From the NCBI GenBank assembly GCA_963555985.3, contig OY820591.1, forward strand, positions 576,001 to 640,000: a stretch of 64,000 nucleotides of DNA, read 5' to 3'. Under the pieces are notes generated by a model. That model was not told the origin of the DNA. It saw only the letters and a list, made by a program, of their open reading frames with translations, and did not search any database. Shown here in pieces: positions 9,133 to 17,440 of the stretch; positions within the stretch are counted from its first letter, which is position 1; each line of letters opens with the position of its first letter. Source of the DNA: Dehalococcoidia bacterium. GTDB lineage: Bacteria; Chloroflexota; Dehalococcoidia; Bin125. A program made the translations under genes and the position numbers.

Positions 9133-9687
9133 ATGTCTACTTACACGATTCAGGACCTCGTCCGCGACGCGCAGCGGATTGCCGACCGGGGCGACTCCGG
9201 CGAGCAGCAGATTGCGGCGATTGCGGGGCCGCTGGAGCGGGTGATTAGCCGGCCCGATTGCCTGCTTGATCTGCCCGATTGCGAGACGGCAGACCCGGAG
9301 AAGGGGTTTCTGATCCATCGCAGCGACAATCTGACGATCAATGCGGTGGTCTGGGCGCCGGACAGCGGGGCGCCGATCCATAACCACAACGGTTGGGCGA
9401 TGGAGGGTGTGATTTCGGGAGTGGAGCTGAACCGCAACTTCGACCGCACCGATGACGGTACTGTGCCCTGGTACGCGACGTTGGAGGAGCGCGATCCGAC
9501 GCGGGTCGAAGCCGGTGGGACGACGTACCTGCCGGAGCCGCCGTCCGACATTCATGCGGTCGAGATTCTGCACGGCAAGACGGTGGCGATTCACGTCTAC
9601 GGCCTCGACCTCTACCGGCAGTGGCGCTACCGCTTCGATCTGGAGACGGGCAAGGTCTCTCCATTTGGGATGCGCTCTCAGCGCTAA
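9133..9687 (+). CDS. Cysteine dioxygenase-like cupin
   Basis: WAPDSGAPIHNHNGW, DIHAV, IHVYG; TATACT at ~9097 and GAGAGG SD. Confidence 0.85.
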   Translation: MSTYTIQDLVRDAQRIADRGDSGEQQIAAIAGPLERVISRPDCLLDLPDCETADPEKGFLIHRSDNLTINAVVWAPDSGAPIHNHNGWAMEGVISGVELNRNFDRTDDGTVPWYATLEERDPTRVEAGGTTYLPEPPSDIHAVEILHGKTVAIHVYGLDLYRQWRYRFDLETGKVSPFGMRSQR

Positions 9688-9719
9688 ACGACGATCGGTT
9701 ACAGCGAGAGGGATCGCTC

Positions 9720-10502
9720 ATGGGCAAGCTCGAGGGCAAGGTGGCGTTGATTTCCGGCGGCTCGCGGGGACAGGGCGAAGCTCAGGCGCGTCTGTTCGCT
9801 CGTGAAGGGGCCCAGGTGGCACTCGCAGACGTGCTCGACGCGGAGGGCGAACTGGTCGCCGCGAGCATCAACGACACCGGCGGGGAGGCGGTCTACCACC
9901 ACCTCGACGTGACCGAACAGAGCCAATGGAAGGCGACGGTTGAGGCCGTTGTGGAGCAGTACGGCCGGCTCGACATCCTGATCAACAACGCCGGCATCGC
10001 ACGGATCAAGTTGATCGAGGAATCGTCGCTCGAGGATTACCTCGAGGTGATCCGGATCAATCAGGTCGGCGTCTGGCTGGGCATCCAGGCCGCGATTCCC
10101 GCGCTCAGGGCAGCGGGCGGCGGTTGCATTATCAACACGTCGTCGATCGCCGGACTGCTGGGCAGCGCGGGACTGGGCGCGTATGTCTCCTCCAAGTTCG
10201 CCGTGCGCGGCCTGACCAAGGTCGCCGCGCAAGAGCTGGGCCAGTACAACATCCGCGTCAACTCCGTCCACCCAGGCCCGATCGATACGCCGATGATTCG
10301 CGATCCGCAGATCGCCACGCGCGAACCGGGCGACACCAGCTTCGAAGCTCCGATTCCGCGCGTGGGCACGACTGAGGAAGTCGCGGCGATGATGCTCTTC
10401 ATCGCGGCCGATGCCACCTACAGCACCGGCTCGGAGTTTGTGATTGATGGTGGGATGACAGCCGGGTGGTCAGTCACGCGCCAGCAGGATCGCGGCGAAT
10501 AG
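9720..10502 (+). CDS. SDR oxidoreductase, 3-alpha(20-beta)-hydroxysteroid dehydrogenase-like (copy 1)
   Basis: GGSRGQG, NNAGI, YVSSK, VNSVHPGPIDT. Confidence 0.92.
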   Translation: MGKLEGKVALISGGSRGQGEAQARLFAREGAQVALADVLDAEGELVAASINDTGGEAVYHHLDVTEQSQWKATVEAVVEQYGRLDILINNAGIARIKLIEESSLEDYLEVIRINQVGVWLGIQAAIPALRAAGGGCIINTSSIAGLLGSAGLGAYVSSKFAVRGLTKVAAQELGQYNIRVNSVHPGPIDTPMIRDPQIATREPGDTSFEAPIPRVGTTEEVAAMMLFIAADATYSTGSEFVIDGGMTAGWSVTRQQDRGE

Positions 10503-10520
10503 GTCGAAGGAGCGATTGAG

Positions 10521-11291
10521 ATGGGCAAACTCGACGGACAGGTGGCGCTGATCTCGGGCGCGGCGCGGGGCCAGGGCGAAGCGCAGGCGCGGCTGTTTGC
10601 GCGCGAGGGCGCGGCGGTGGTGCTCGGCGACGTGTTGGAGGCTGAGGGTCAGCAGGTGGCCGAGAGCATCATCGACACCGGCGGCCAGGCCACGTTCCGC
10701 AAGCTTGACGTGACCGTTGAATCCGACTGGGCCGGAATCGTTGAGCAGGCTGTCGACCAATTCGGAGGTCTCAACATCCAGATCAACAACGCCGGCATCC
10801 TCCGCGCCGGGATGATTGAGACATCCACGCTGGATGAGTACCTCGAAGTGATCGATATCAACCAGGTCGGCGTCTGGCTGGGCATCCGCGCCGCGATCGA
10901 GCCGATGCGCGCGGCTGGCGGCGGCTGCATCATCAACACCTCCTCGACCGCCGGATACGAGGGCTATCCCGGTCTGAGCGGCTACGTCTCCTCGAAGTTC
11001 GCCGTGCGCGGCATCACCAAGGTGGCCGCGCTCGAACTGGCTCAGTACAACATCCGCGTCAACTCGGTCCATCCCGGACCGATCGACACGCCGATGGTGC
11101 GCGATCCGCGCATCGGCGGCCGCAGCGAAGGCGAGATCCCGGTCGACAGTCCAATCGGACGCGCCGGCCGGCCCGATGAGGTGGCCAAGATGATGCTCTT
11201 CATCGCGGCCGACGCCACCTACAGCACCGGCGCGGAATTTCAGATCGACGGCGGCCAGATGTCGGGCCGGGGCATCCCGGTCAGCGACTAG
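10521..11291 (+). CDS. SDR oxidoreductase (copy 2)
   Basis: GAARGQG, NNAGI, YVSSK. Confidence 0.92.
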   Translation: MGKLDGQVALISGAARGQGEAQARLFAREGAAVVLGDVLEAEGQQVAESIIDTGGQATFRKLDVTVESDWAGIVEQAVDQFGGLNIQINNAGILRAGMIETSTLDEYLEVIDINQVGVWLGIRAAIEPMRAAGGGCIINTSSTAGYEGYPGLSGYVSSKFAVRGITKVAALELAQYNIRVNSVHPGPIDTPMVRDPRIGGRSEGEIPVDSPIGRAGRPDEVAKMMLFIAADATYSTGAEFQIDGGQMSGRGIPVSD

Positions 11292-11327
11292 TTTCCAGGA
11301 ATCACGGAATCCGACGGGAGGAACGAT

Positions 11328-12107
11328 ATGGGCAAGCTCGATGGACAGGTCGCGCTGATCTCCGGCGGGGCCAGAGGACAGGGAGAGGCGCAGGGCCGAC
11401 TCTTCGCCCGCGAGGGCGCAGCCGTCGCGCTCGGCGACGTGCTCGAAGAAGAAGGCCAGCGCGTCGCCGAGAGCATCAACGACAGCGGCGGCCAGGCCAT
11501 GTTCCAGAAGCTGGACGTGACCGAGGCCTCCAGTTGGCAGTCGATGATCGACGAGACCGTATCGCAGTTCGGCCGCTTGGACATTGTGATCAACAACGCC
11601 GGCATCGCCCGGATCAAGATGATCGAGGATTCCTCGTTGCAGGACTATCTCGAAGTGATCCTGGTCAACCAGCTCGGCGTCTGGCTGGGCATGAAGGCCG
11701 CGATTCCGGCGCTCAAAGAGGCCGGCGGCGGCTGCATCATCAACACCTCCTCGACCGCCGGGCTTGAGGGCTATAGCGGTCTGGGCGCCTACGTCTCGTC
11801 CAAGTTCGCCGTGCGCGGCATGACCAAAGTGGCGGCGCTGGAGCTCGCGCCCTACAACATCCGCGTCAACTCGGTCCATCCCGGCCCGATCGACACGCCG
11901 ATGGTCCGCGATCCGCAGATCCAACGGACGGACAATGTCGACCTTGACCTCGCTCGCTCTTCGCCGATCCCGCGGGTGGGCCACGTCGACGAAGTAGCCA
12001 AGATGATGCTCTTCATCGCGGCCGATGCGACCTACAGCACCGGTTCCGAGTTCGTGATCGACGGCGGCGTCACGGCCGGCTCGATGGTCGCGAGGCAAGA
12101 GGACTGA
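11328..12107 (+). CDS. SDR oxidoreductase (copy 3)
   Basis: GGARGQG, NNAGI, YVSSK. Confidence 0.92.
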   Translation: MGKLDGQVALISGGARGQGEAQGRLFAREGAAVALGDVLEEEGQRVAESINDSGGQAMFQKLDVTEASSWQSMIDETVSQFGRLDIVINNAGIARIKMIEDSSLQDYLEVILVNQLGVWLGMKAAIPALKEAGGGCIINTSSTAGLEGYSGLGAYVSSKFAVRGMTKVAALELAPYNIRVNSVHPGPIDTPMVRDPQIQRTDNVDLDLARSSPIPRVGHVDEVAKMMLFIAADATYSTGSEFVIDGGVTAGSMVARQED

Positions 12108-12127
12108 AACGGCTGAGGAACAACGGC

Positions 12128-12153
12128 GAGATTCCCGCTTTCGCGGGAATGAC
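12128..12153. repeat. REP2 hairpin GAGATTCCCGCTTTCGCGGGAATGAC
   Basis: ATTCCC-N8-GGGAAT palindrome. Confidence 0.85.
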
Positions 12154-12173
12154 GAGGTGATTGGAGCAACGAC

Positions 12174-12944
12174 ATGGGCAAGCTTGATGGACAGGTCGCG
12201 CTGATTTCCGGCGGCGCGCGCGGTCAAGGCGAACGGCAGGCGCGACTCTTCGCCCGCGAGGGGGCGGCGATCGCGATCGGCGATCTGCGGGAGGAAGACG
12301 GCAACCGCGTCGCCGAGAGCATCAACGACACCGGCGACCAGGCGATCTTCCGCAAGCTCGACGTCTCCGACCAGTCGAGTTGGGCGGAGATGGTCGAGGC
12401 CACGACCGAACAGTTCGGCAGGCTGAACATCCTGCTGAACAACGCCGCCATTCTGCGCAACGGATCGATCGAGGACACGTCGGTGCAGGAGTACCTGGAA
12501 ATGATCAAGATCAACCAGGTCGGGGTCTGGCTGGGCATCCGCGCGGCGATCAAGCCGATGCGCGAGGCCGGCGGCGGCTGCATCATCAACACCTCCTCGA
12601 CGGCCGGTCTGGAAGGCTACCCCGACTCCAGCGCCTACGTCGCCTCGAAGTTCGCCGTGCGCGGCCTGACCAAGGTCGCCGCGCTGGAGCTGGGGCCCTA
12701 CAACATTCGCGTCAACTCGGTGCATCCCGGCCCGATCGATACGCTGATGACCACGAATGAGGACACGCCTCGCCGGGCGGACGGGGAGGTGCCGGTTCGG
12801 ATGCCGATCCCGCGTTTCGGCCACGTCGACGAAGTGGCCAAGATGATGCTCTTCATCGCCGCCGACGCGACCTACAGCACCGGTTCCGAGTTTGTGCTCG
12901 ACGGCGGCCTGACCGCCGGCCGCTCCCTCGAGGTCGGCGAGTAG
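12174..12944 (+). CDS. SDR oxidoreductase (copy 4)
   Basis: GGARGQG, NNAAI, YVASK. Confidence 0.92.
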   Translation: MGKLDGQVALISGGARGQGERQARLFAREGAAIAIGDLREEDGNRVAESINDTGDQAIFRKLDVSDQSSWAEMVEATTEQFGRLNILLNNAAILRNGSIEDTSVQEYLEMIKINQVGVWLGIRAAIKPMREAGGGCIINTSSTAGLEGYPDSSAYVASKFAVRGLTKVAALELGPYNIRVNSVHPGPIDTLMTTNEDTPRRADGEVPVRMPIPRFGHVDEVAKMMLFIAADATYSTGSEFVLDGGLTAGRSLEVGE

Positions 12945-12973
12945 CATTCCCTCCCCAACCAACGGCCGCGCGC

Positions 12974-13426
12974 TCAGTCGAGATAGCGCCGCAGCAGGGG
13001 CGTGAAGCCGGCTCTGGCGAACTCTTGGTCGGCGGTGAGGATGGTGGCGATGTTGTACTCGCGCATGATCACGATGGCGGCGCAGTCCTGGAGCGAGAAC
13101 GTGGAATCGGCGAACTCGCCGGTGTAGAGGTTGAGCGCCGCTTCGGAGAGTCGGCGGTCGTGCGGGAGGACTGTGTAGCGCGGGTCGGCGCGCAGCGACG
13201 CGATCCGTTGTCCGGCGTCGATCCGAACGGCGCGAGCCCTGCGAGTGAAATGGGCGAGCGTTTCCAGGATCACGCCCTCGCTGGTGACCAGCGGCTGCTG
13301 CGGCAAGATCTCGTTCGCTGCTGCGAGCGCGGCCGCGCGCCAGTTGTCGCGCAACGAATACAGGGCGATCAAGTGGACACTATCGACGAAGAGCGGTTCT
13401 CGATCGGGCAACGGGCGATCCGGCAT
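12974..13426 (-). CDS. PIN-domain VapC-like toxin
   Basis: FVDS, ILE, SLQDC, TADQEF acidic residues; TGATG overlap with upstream gene. Confidence 0.88.
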   Translation of the reverse strand: MPDRPLPDREPLFVDSVHLIALYSLRDNWRAAALAAANEILPQQPLVTSEGVILETLAHFTRRARAVRIDAGQRIASLRADPRYTVLPHDRRLSEAALNLYTGEFADSTFSLQDCAAIVIMREYNIATILTADQEFARAGFTPLLRRYLD

Positions 13427-13644
13427 CAAGACTGACGCGGCACGCGAAACTGGTCCAGGTAAGCGGCCAACTCTTTCTGCGTCTCCTCCGACAGGTCCAG
13501 CGGCTCGTCGCCCCAGGTTTCGCTCAGTACCTGCTGCGTGGTGCGATGGTCGTCCTCCGGGATCGGCTTGATTGGGATGTACCAGCTCGGACGCTCGCGC
13601 GGTTCGTTGGCGTCGGTTCCGTTGGGGGTTGACTCGTCGGACAT
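13426..13644 (-). CDS. Putative antitoxin (72 aa)
   Basis: Coupled to PIN gene; CAGGAG SD and TAAAAT upstream; paralogue of 14159-14389. Confidence 0.65.
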   Translation of the reverse strand: MSDESTPNGTDANEPRERPSWYIPIKPIPEDDHRTTQQVLSETWGDEPLDLSEETQKELAAYLDQFRVPRQS

Positions 13645-13706
13645 CTCGGACTCCTGGGTCGATTTTAGCGCCTTGCCCCAGTCTCTGCTCGGGGGCGGAG
13701 CGGTTG

Positions 13707-14159
13707 TCAATCGAGGTAGCGGCGGAGGAGGGGGGTGAAGCCGGCTCTGGCGAACTCTTGGTCGGCGGTGAGGATGCTGGTGATCCCGTACTCGCGCATG
13801 ATCACGATGGCGGCGCAGTCCTGGAGCGAGAACGTGGAATCGGCGAACTCGCCGGCGTAGAGGTCGAGGGCTGCTTCCATCAGGGCCGGTTGGTGGGGGA
13901 TGACACGGTATCCAGGATCCGCGCGTATTCCGCGAATTCGGCTGACCAGACGCTGCCGAAACGACCGAGGCGCGCGTGAGAAGTGGGCCAGCATCTCCAG
14001 CAGAACCCCGTCGCTGGTGTAGATCATCTGTTCATTATCGAGCTGCCTGGACGCGGCGATCGCTGCGCCCCGCCAATCGTCCTCTGCCGAAAACAGGGCA
14101 ATCAGATAGACGCTATCGACGAAGAGCGGCTCTCGACTTGGCAACGGGCGACCCAGCAT
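13707..14159 (-). CDS. PIN-domain VapC-like toxin (paralogue)
   Basis: C-terminal ~40 aa nearly identical to 12974-13426. Confidence 0.88.
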   Translation of the reverse strand: MLGRPLPSREPLFVDSVYLIALFSAEDDWRGAAIAASRQLDNEQMIYTSDGVLLEMLAHFSRAPRSFRQRLVSRIRGIRADPGYRVIPHQPALMEAALDLYAGEFADSTFSLQDCAAIVIMREYGITSILTADQEFARAGFTPLLRRYLD

Positions 14160-14389
14160 CAAGAATCGCGCGGGACCAGAAACTGGTCGAGGAATACCTT
14201 GGTCTCCGCTGCCACTTCCGGAGACAATTCCGGCGGCTCATCACCGAACAGATCTCCGAACGTGCCCTCCAGGACTTCCGCGGCTGTGCGGTGGTCATCC
14301 TCGGGACGCGGCTCGAACTCGATGTACCAGCTCGGACGCTCGCGCGGTTCGTTGGCGTCGGTTCCGTTGGGGGTTGGGTCTTGCGGCAT
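14159..14389 (-). CDS. Putative antitoxin (76 aa)
   Basis: TPNGTDANEPRERPSWYI shared with 13426-13644; TAGAAT and CAGGAG upstream. Confidence 0.65.
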   Translation of the reverse strand: MPQDPTPNGTDANEPRERPSWYIEFEPRPEDDHRTAAEVLEGTFGDLFGDEPPELSPEVAAETKVFLDQFLVPRDS

Positions 14390-14512
14390 GGCGGTCTCCT
14401 GCGTCGATTCTAGCGCCGCTGCCCGGCCCTGGATTGGGGCGGGCTGTTCGGACTTGGGCGTGTTTGGCTGGGGATTTGTTGGTGGGGGTGGGAGATGGTT
14501 CGGGCGGGGGCG

Positions 14513-14881
14513 CTAGGGCTTGGCCTGAATGAGCACTTGCCCGCCTTCCTCAATGTCAATGTTCAAGTTGTGGTTGTGCAGCAGGGACATGCCCAGCAGG
14601 GGCGTCGTATCTGAGACGTAGGCAACGATCTCTCTTGGCTGGCCGTCCCAGAGCACCGTGACGCCGTAGACGTCGACTGTCGCTTCGCTGCCGTCTGCCA
14701 GGATGACTCGGTTGACGCCCCGGTAGCTCAATCCCAACTCTGCGACGATGGCCGGTCGCAGGGTGAGGAAGCGGGTGAACCCGGTGTCGACCACGGCGTC
14801 CACGTTGCGGGCTTGTCCGGCCGGACCTCGGAGGGGAAGGGCGACCACCGCCTCGTAGGCTGCGTTCACCGTTCCCTGCAT
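14513..14881 (-). CDS. Clan AA aspartic protease (AF_0612-like)
   Basis: AVVDTGF, ILADGS, PLLGMSLL. Confidence 0.88.
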   Translation of the reverse strand: MQGTVNAAYEAVVALPLRGPAGQARNVDAVVDTGFTRFLTLRPAIVAELGLSYRGVNRVILADGSEATVDVYGVTVLWDGQPREIVAYVSDTTPLLGMSLLHNHNLNIDIEEGGQVLIQAKP

Positions 14882-15180
14882 CACTCGGCCCTGGGCAGCG
14901 CGCCGCCGCCGATGCTGGCGACCGCGCGGTAGCCCACGCGAAGCAGCCAGATGTCGATGGCATCGGGCCGGGCCTTGCGCAGACGGTCCGATGCAGCCAG
15001 TTCGCTTTCGGCGACGGCCCAGTGGCGGCTGTCCACGTCGATGGCGACGTACTGGCCGTCGTGCCTGGCCTCCACCAACGCTTTGATCTCCCGACGGTAG
15101 ATCTGATCGCCGAGGCGGGCGGTTTCTTGGTTGGGTCGGCGTTCGCGTTGTTCGCGGGTTGGGCCGTTGGGGGTGGACAC
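14881..15180 (-). CDS. Small protein coupled to protease (DUF5678-like)
   Basis: GDQIY..HDGQYVAIDVDS...WLLRVG; GTG start inside repeat A; TGATG overlap. Confidence 0.65.
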   Translation of the reverse strand: MSTPNGPTREQRERRPNQETARLGDQIYRREIKALVEARHDGQYVAIDVDSRHWAVAESELAASDRLRKARPDAIDIWLLRVGYRAVASIGGGALPRAE

Positions 15181-15263
15181 GATGCGGCCTCGCTTCCTGA
15201 GGCCAGTGTAGGCAATCCCCGGTTCCGGCTTCACGCCGGAACCCGCGCGGCGGCGGGCGGCGG
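15178..15263 (-). repeat. Repeat A copy 1: hairpin + TACACT -10 + hairpin leader ending in GTG start
   Basis: Near-identical to 16193-16279. Confidence 0.9.
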
Positions 15264-15446
15264 CTACTTGGGCACGGCGGTGATCTTGAGCTTCAGGGAG
15301 CGGCCCTGCGCGATCGGATTCCAGCTGTTCCCGGAGTAGTTCACCGAGTTCGCGATGCTCCAGCCGTTGCCGGACGGCTTGCCGATGGCGGCCTTGCTGG
15401 AGGCTGCCCTGATTGGACACGCTGGCGGTGAGGTTGCGCGGGTAGC
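15264..15446 (-). pseudogene. Orphan C-terminal fragment of surface-protein paralogue (variant 1)
   Basis: 15380-15264 reads KPSGNGWSIANSVNYSGNSWNPIAQGRSLKLKITAVPK*, versus QPSANGWSIADAMRASSLNWGENTQGRSLKIRVTAVPK* of 17441-21766. Confidence 0.88.
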
Positions 15447-15896
15447 TCAACGTCGGCCGGCGAGCGTGGCGACTGCGACCATGGCGCGTTCTTGCGGCGG
15501 CGCCGCGTTGAAGTCGATGATCGCCCCTTCGGCCCGGTCGATCCACGCCAGGACCTGAGTGAGCGCAAAGTTCGCGTCAGGGTTGTAGTCGGCGTTCTCA
15601 CGCGCCTTCTTGATACTTCCAATGATGAAGGCGAAATGTTGCACCTGTGGGCTGAACAGATGAGGCCACCCGTGCAGCGGGTTCTCGGCGCGGTAATGGC
15701 GCAGCGAGCGGTAGGTCGCCGTCCAGTCGGATTGATTGGCCAGCGTTCGGGGCCCCACGATCAGGTTGGCGTTGCTGGCCGCCAGCGCGTGGAACATGGC
15801 GTAGTAGGCCGTGCTGACCGCGCGCCGCAAGGCTTCCTGGGAAGGTTGACCGTTGGCGAGCTGACGGCTCGCGCGGATCAGTTCTACCCAATCCAC
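15447..15896 (-). CDS. HEPN-domain protein (UPF0332-like)
   Basis: RRAVSTAYYAMFHA and RENADY motifs. Confidence 0.8.
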   Translation of the reverse strand: MDWVELIRASRQLANGQPSQEALRRAVSTAYYAMFHALAASNANLIVGPRTLANQSDWTATYRSLRHYRAENPLHGWPHLFSPQVQHFAFIIGSIKKARENADYNPDANFALTQVLAWIDRAEGAIIDFNAAPPQERAMVAVATLAGRR

Positions 15897-16195
15897 GGCG
15901 CGCCCAACTGGTCGGCGTCGCTCTCGGAGACGTAGGAGATGGACGGGAGCGCGTGGATGCCGGCCTCACGCAACGCCCGGTGCAAGTAGGCGTCATAGGA
16001 GTTCAGCCGGGGGATGTCGAGGATGCTCGGATCGCCCTCGTAGATCACCCAGACATCGACGAACGGGACGCCGTCGAAGTCTTCGTCGGGCTTGGTCCAG
16101 ACCTGGCGCCAGGGCAACTTGCCCTGGTGGTGGTCGTCCAAGGTGCCGAGGATGATCTCCCTGGCCTGTTCCGCCTGCTCTGCGGTGATCATCAC
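15884..16195 (-). CDS. Putative MNT-like antitoxin partner of HEPN
   Basis: DEDFDGVPFVDVWVIY acidic beta motif; overlaps HEPN start; starts in repeat A. Confidence 0.6.
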   Translation of the reverse strand: MMITAEQAEQAREIILGTLDDHHQGKLPWRQVWTKPDEDFDGVPFVDVWVIYEGDPSILDIPRLNSYDAYLHRALREAGIHALPSISYVSESDADQLGAPWIG

Positions 16196-16279
16196 GATGC
16201 GGCCTCGCTTCCCGAGGCCAGTGTAGGCAATCCCCAGTTCCGGCTTCACGCCGGAACCCGCGCGGCGACGGGCGGGCGC
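16193..16279 (-). repeat. Repeat A copy 2
   Basis: CACGATGCGGCCTCGCTTCCyGAGGCCAGTGTAGGCAATCCCCrGTTCCGGCTTCACGCCGGAACCCGCGCGGCG. Confidence 0.9.
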
Positions 16280-16447
16280 CTACTTTTGCGTGGCGGTGAC
16301 CTTGAGCTTCATGGCGGCGTTGCTGGGATCCAGCGCCTATGAGCCTTGCTGGTAGCGCGTGCCGTTGGCGAGGCTCCAGCCGTTGCCGCTCGGCGTCAGA
16401 GTCTCGTTGTTACTCGCTGCGCCCGGCAGGTAGACGGCGTTGCCGCT
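16280..16447 (-). pseudogene. Orphan C-terminal fragment of surface-protein paralogue (variant 2)
   Basis: SNNETLTPSGNGWSLANGTRYQQGS*ALDPSNAAMKLKVTATQK*; internal TAG falls where the intact protein has Trp. Confidence 0.85.
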
Positions 16448-16697
16448 ACTGCAACACGCCTGCCGGCGAGATGGTTGTGAGCGTGTTGCCCTCGGGTATC
16501 GTGATCGTAGACAGGGGACTTGGCTCCGGCGCCCGCTGCCCGTTCGCCTCCATGCTGGCAATCCAGTCGCGCATGGCGTCTTCCGCATTGCGCACGACCT
16601 CATCCAGGGTGTCGCCCATGGCGACGCAGCCCGGCAAATCCGGGAAGACCGCCCCGTACGCGCCCGTCTCGCCGTCGATCAGCACTGGATACTTCAC
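16446..16697 (-). CDS. hicB: HicB-family antitoxin (short form)
   Basis: KYPVLI..YGAVFPDLPGCVAMGDTLDEVVRNAEDAM. Confidence 0.85.
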   Translation of the reverse strand: MKYPVLIDGETGAYGAVFPDLPGCVAMGDTLDEVVRNAEDAMRDWIASMEANGQRAPEPSPLSTITIPEGNTLTTISPAGVLQ

Positions 16698-16698
16698 G

Positions 16699-16871
16699 CT
16701 AGTCCTCCCATCCGGCGGCGGCGGCGATACTGCGGGCGACTGCGGGCGACACAGTGCGATGCTATCGCGCAGATTCGGGTGTCGGTAGATGTCGTGATTG
16801 CCGCCCCGACGCTCCAGATACCAGCCTTCCCGCAGCAACCGACGTCGGATCCTGCGGGTTTGCAGTTCCAT
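16699..16871 (-). pseudogene. hicA: HicA toxin with frameshifting internal deletion
   Basis: N-terminal LLREGWYLERRGGNHDIYRHP; native C-terminal HRTVSPAVARSIAAAAGWED* lies in another frame. Confidence 0.8.
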
Positions 16872-16897
16872 GATGTCAATCTACCGCCTCGGGCCAG

Positions 16898-16941
16898 TGT
16901 CTGAATCGGGATTGTTGGGATTGTGGGATTTTCAGGATGGG
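16898..16941. repeat. Repeat B copy 1 (TGTCTGAATCGGGATTGTyGGGATTGyGGGATTTTCrGGATGGG)
   Basis: 44 bp, 3 mismatches to 17391-17434; internal GGGATT periodicity. Confidence 0.9.
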
Positions 16942-16948
16942 CGGGCGG

Positions 16949-17332
16949 CTAGCTGAAGAGTTGCGCGAGCTGGGCGGCGACGATGAAGGCGATGGCGGCG
17001 CGGGTCAACCAGCGCTCGGTGTTGCTGCGCTGGTTGGCTTCGTCGAACTTGGCCAGCATCAGCTTCTCCAGATCGGCGAAGCGTTGATCCATCTGCCGCT
17101 GGATGTCGCTGAAGCGGATTTCCATTTCGCGCTGCAACTGATCGCGCAGGTCGGCGAGGCCGTCTTTGAGTTCCTGCTTGGTCGCCGTCTGCGAGAGCAC
17201 GCGGGTCAGGCCGAGCTCGAAGGCGAGGCGGTAGGCCTTTGCCTGCGGCTCTTCCATGCCCGCTTCGGCCAGATCCTCTTCGAGGCGCTCGGACCAGATG
17301 TCCAGCGTTGGGTCGGCCTGCTGCGTGGTCAT
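16949..17332 (-). CDS. DUF1640/CCDC90-like coiled-coil protein with C-terminal hydrophobic segment
   Basis: LAEAGMEEPQAKA, ATKQEL, coiled coil, TM-like end. Confidence 0.65.
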   Translation of the reverse strand: MTTQQADPTLDIWSERLEEDLAEAGMEEPQAKAYRLAFELGLTRVLSQTATKQELKDGLADLRDQLQREMEIRFSDIQRQMDQRFADLEKLMLAKFDEANQRSNTERWLTRAAIAFIVAAQLAQLFS

Positions 17333-17390
17333 GCTCGGCTTCCTTGAGGCTCAGGATAGGCGCTCCCTCCCGCCCCGGATGGGGATGGGA

Positions 17391-17434
17391 TGTCTGAATC
17401 GGGATTGTCGGGATTGCGGGATTTTCGGGATGGG
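17391..17434. repeat. Repeat B copy 2
   Basis: See 16898-16941. Confidence 0.9.
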
Positions 17435-17440
17435 GGCCGG

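Noticed and set aside
10470-12962. 830-aa minus-strand ORF
   Set aside because: Antisense shadow of three SDR genes, expected in high-GC coding DNA; no motifs of its own
12974-17434. Cassette array as an integron
   Set aside because: No tyrosine integrase, and no RYYYAAC..GTTRRRY attC cores in repeats A or B
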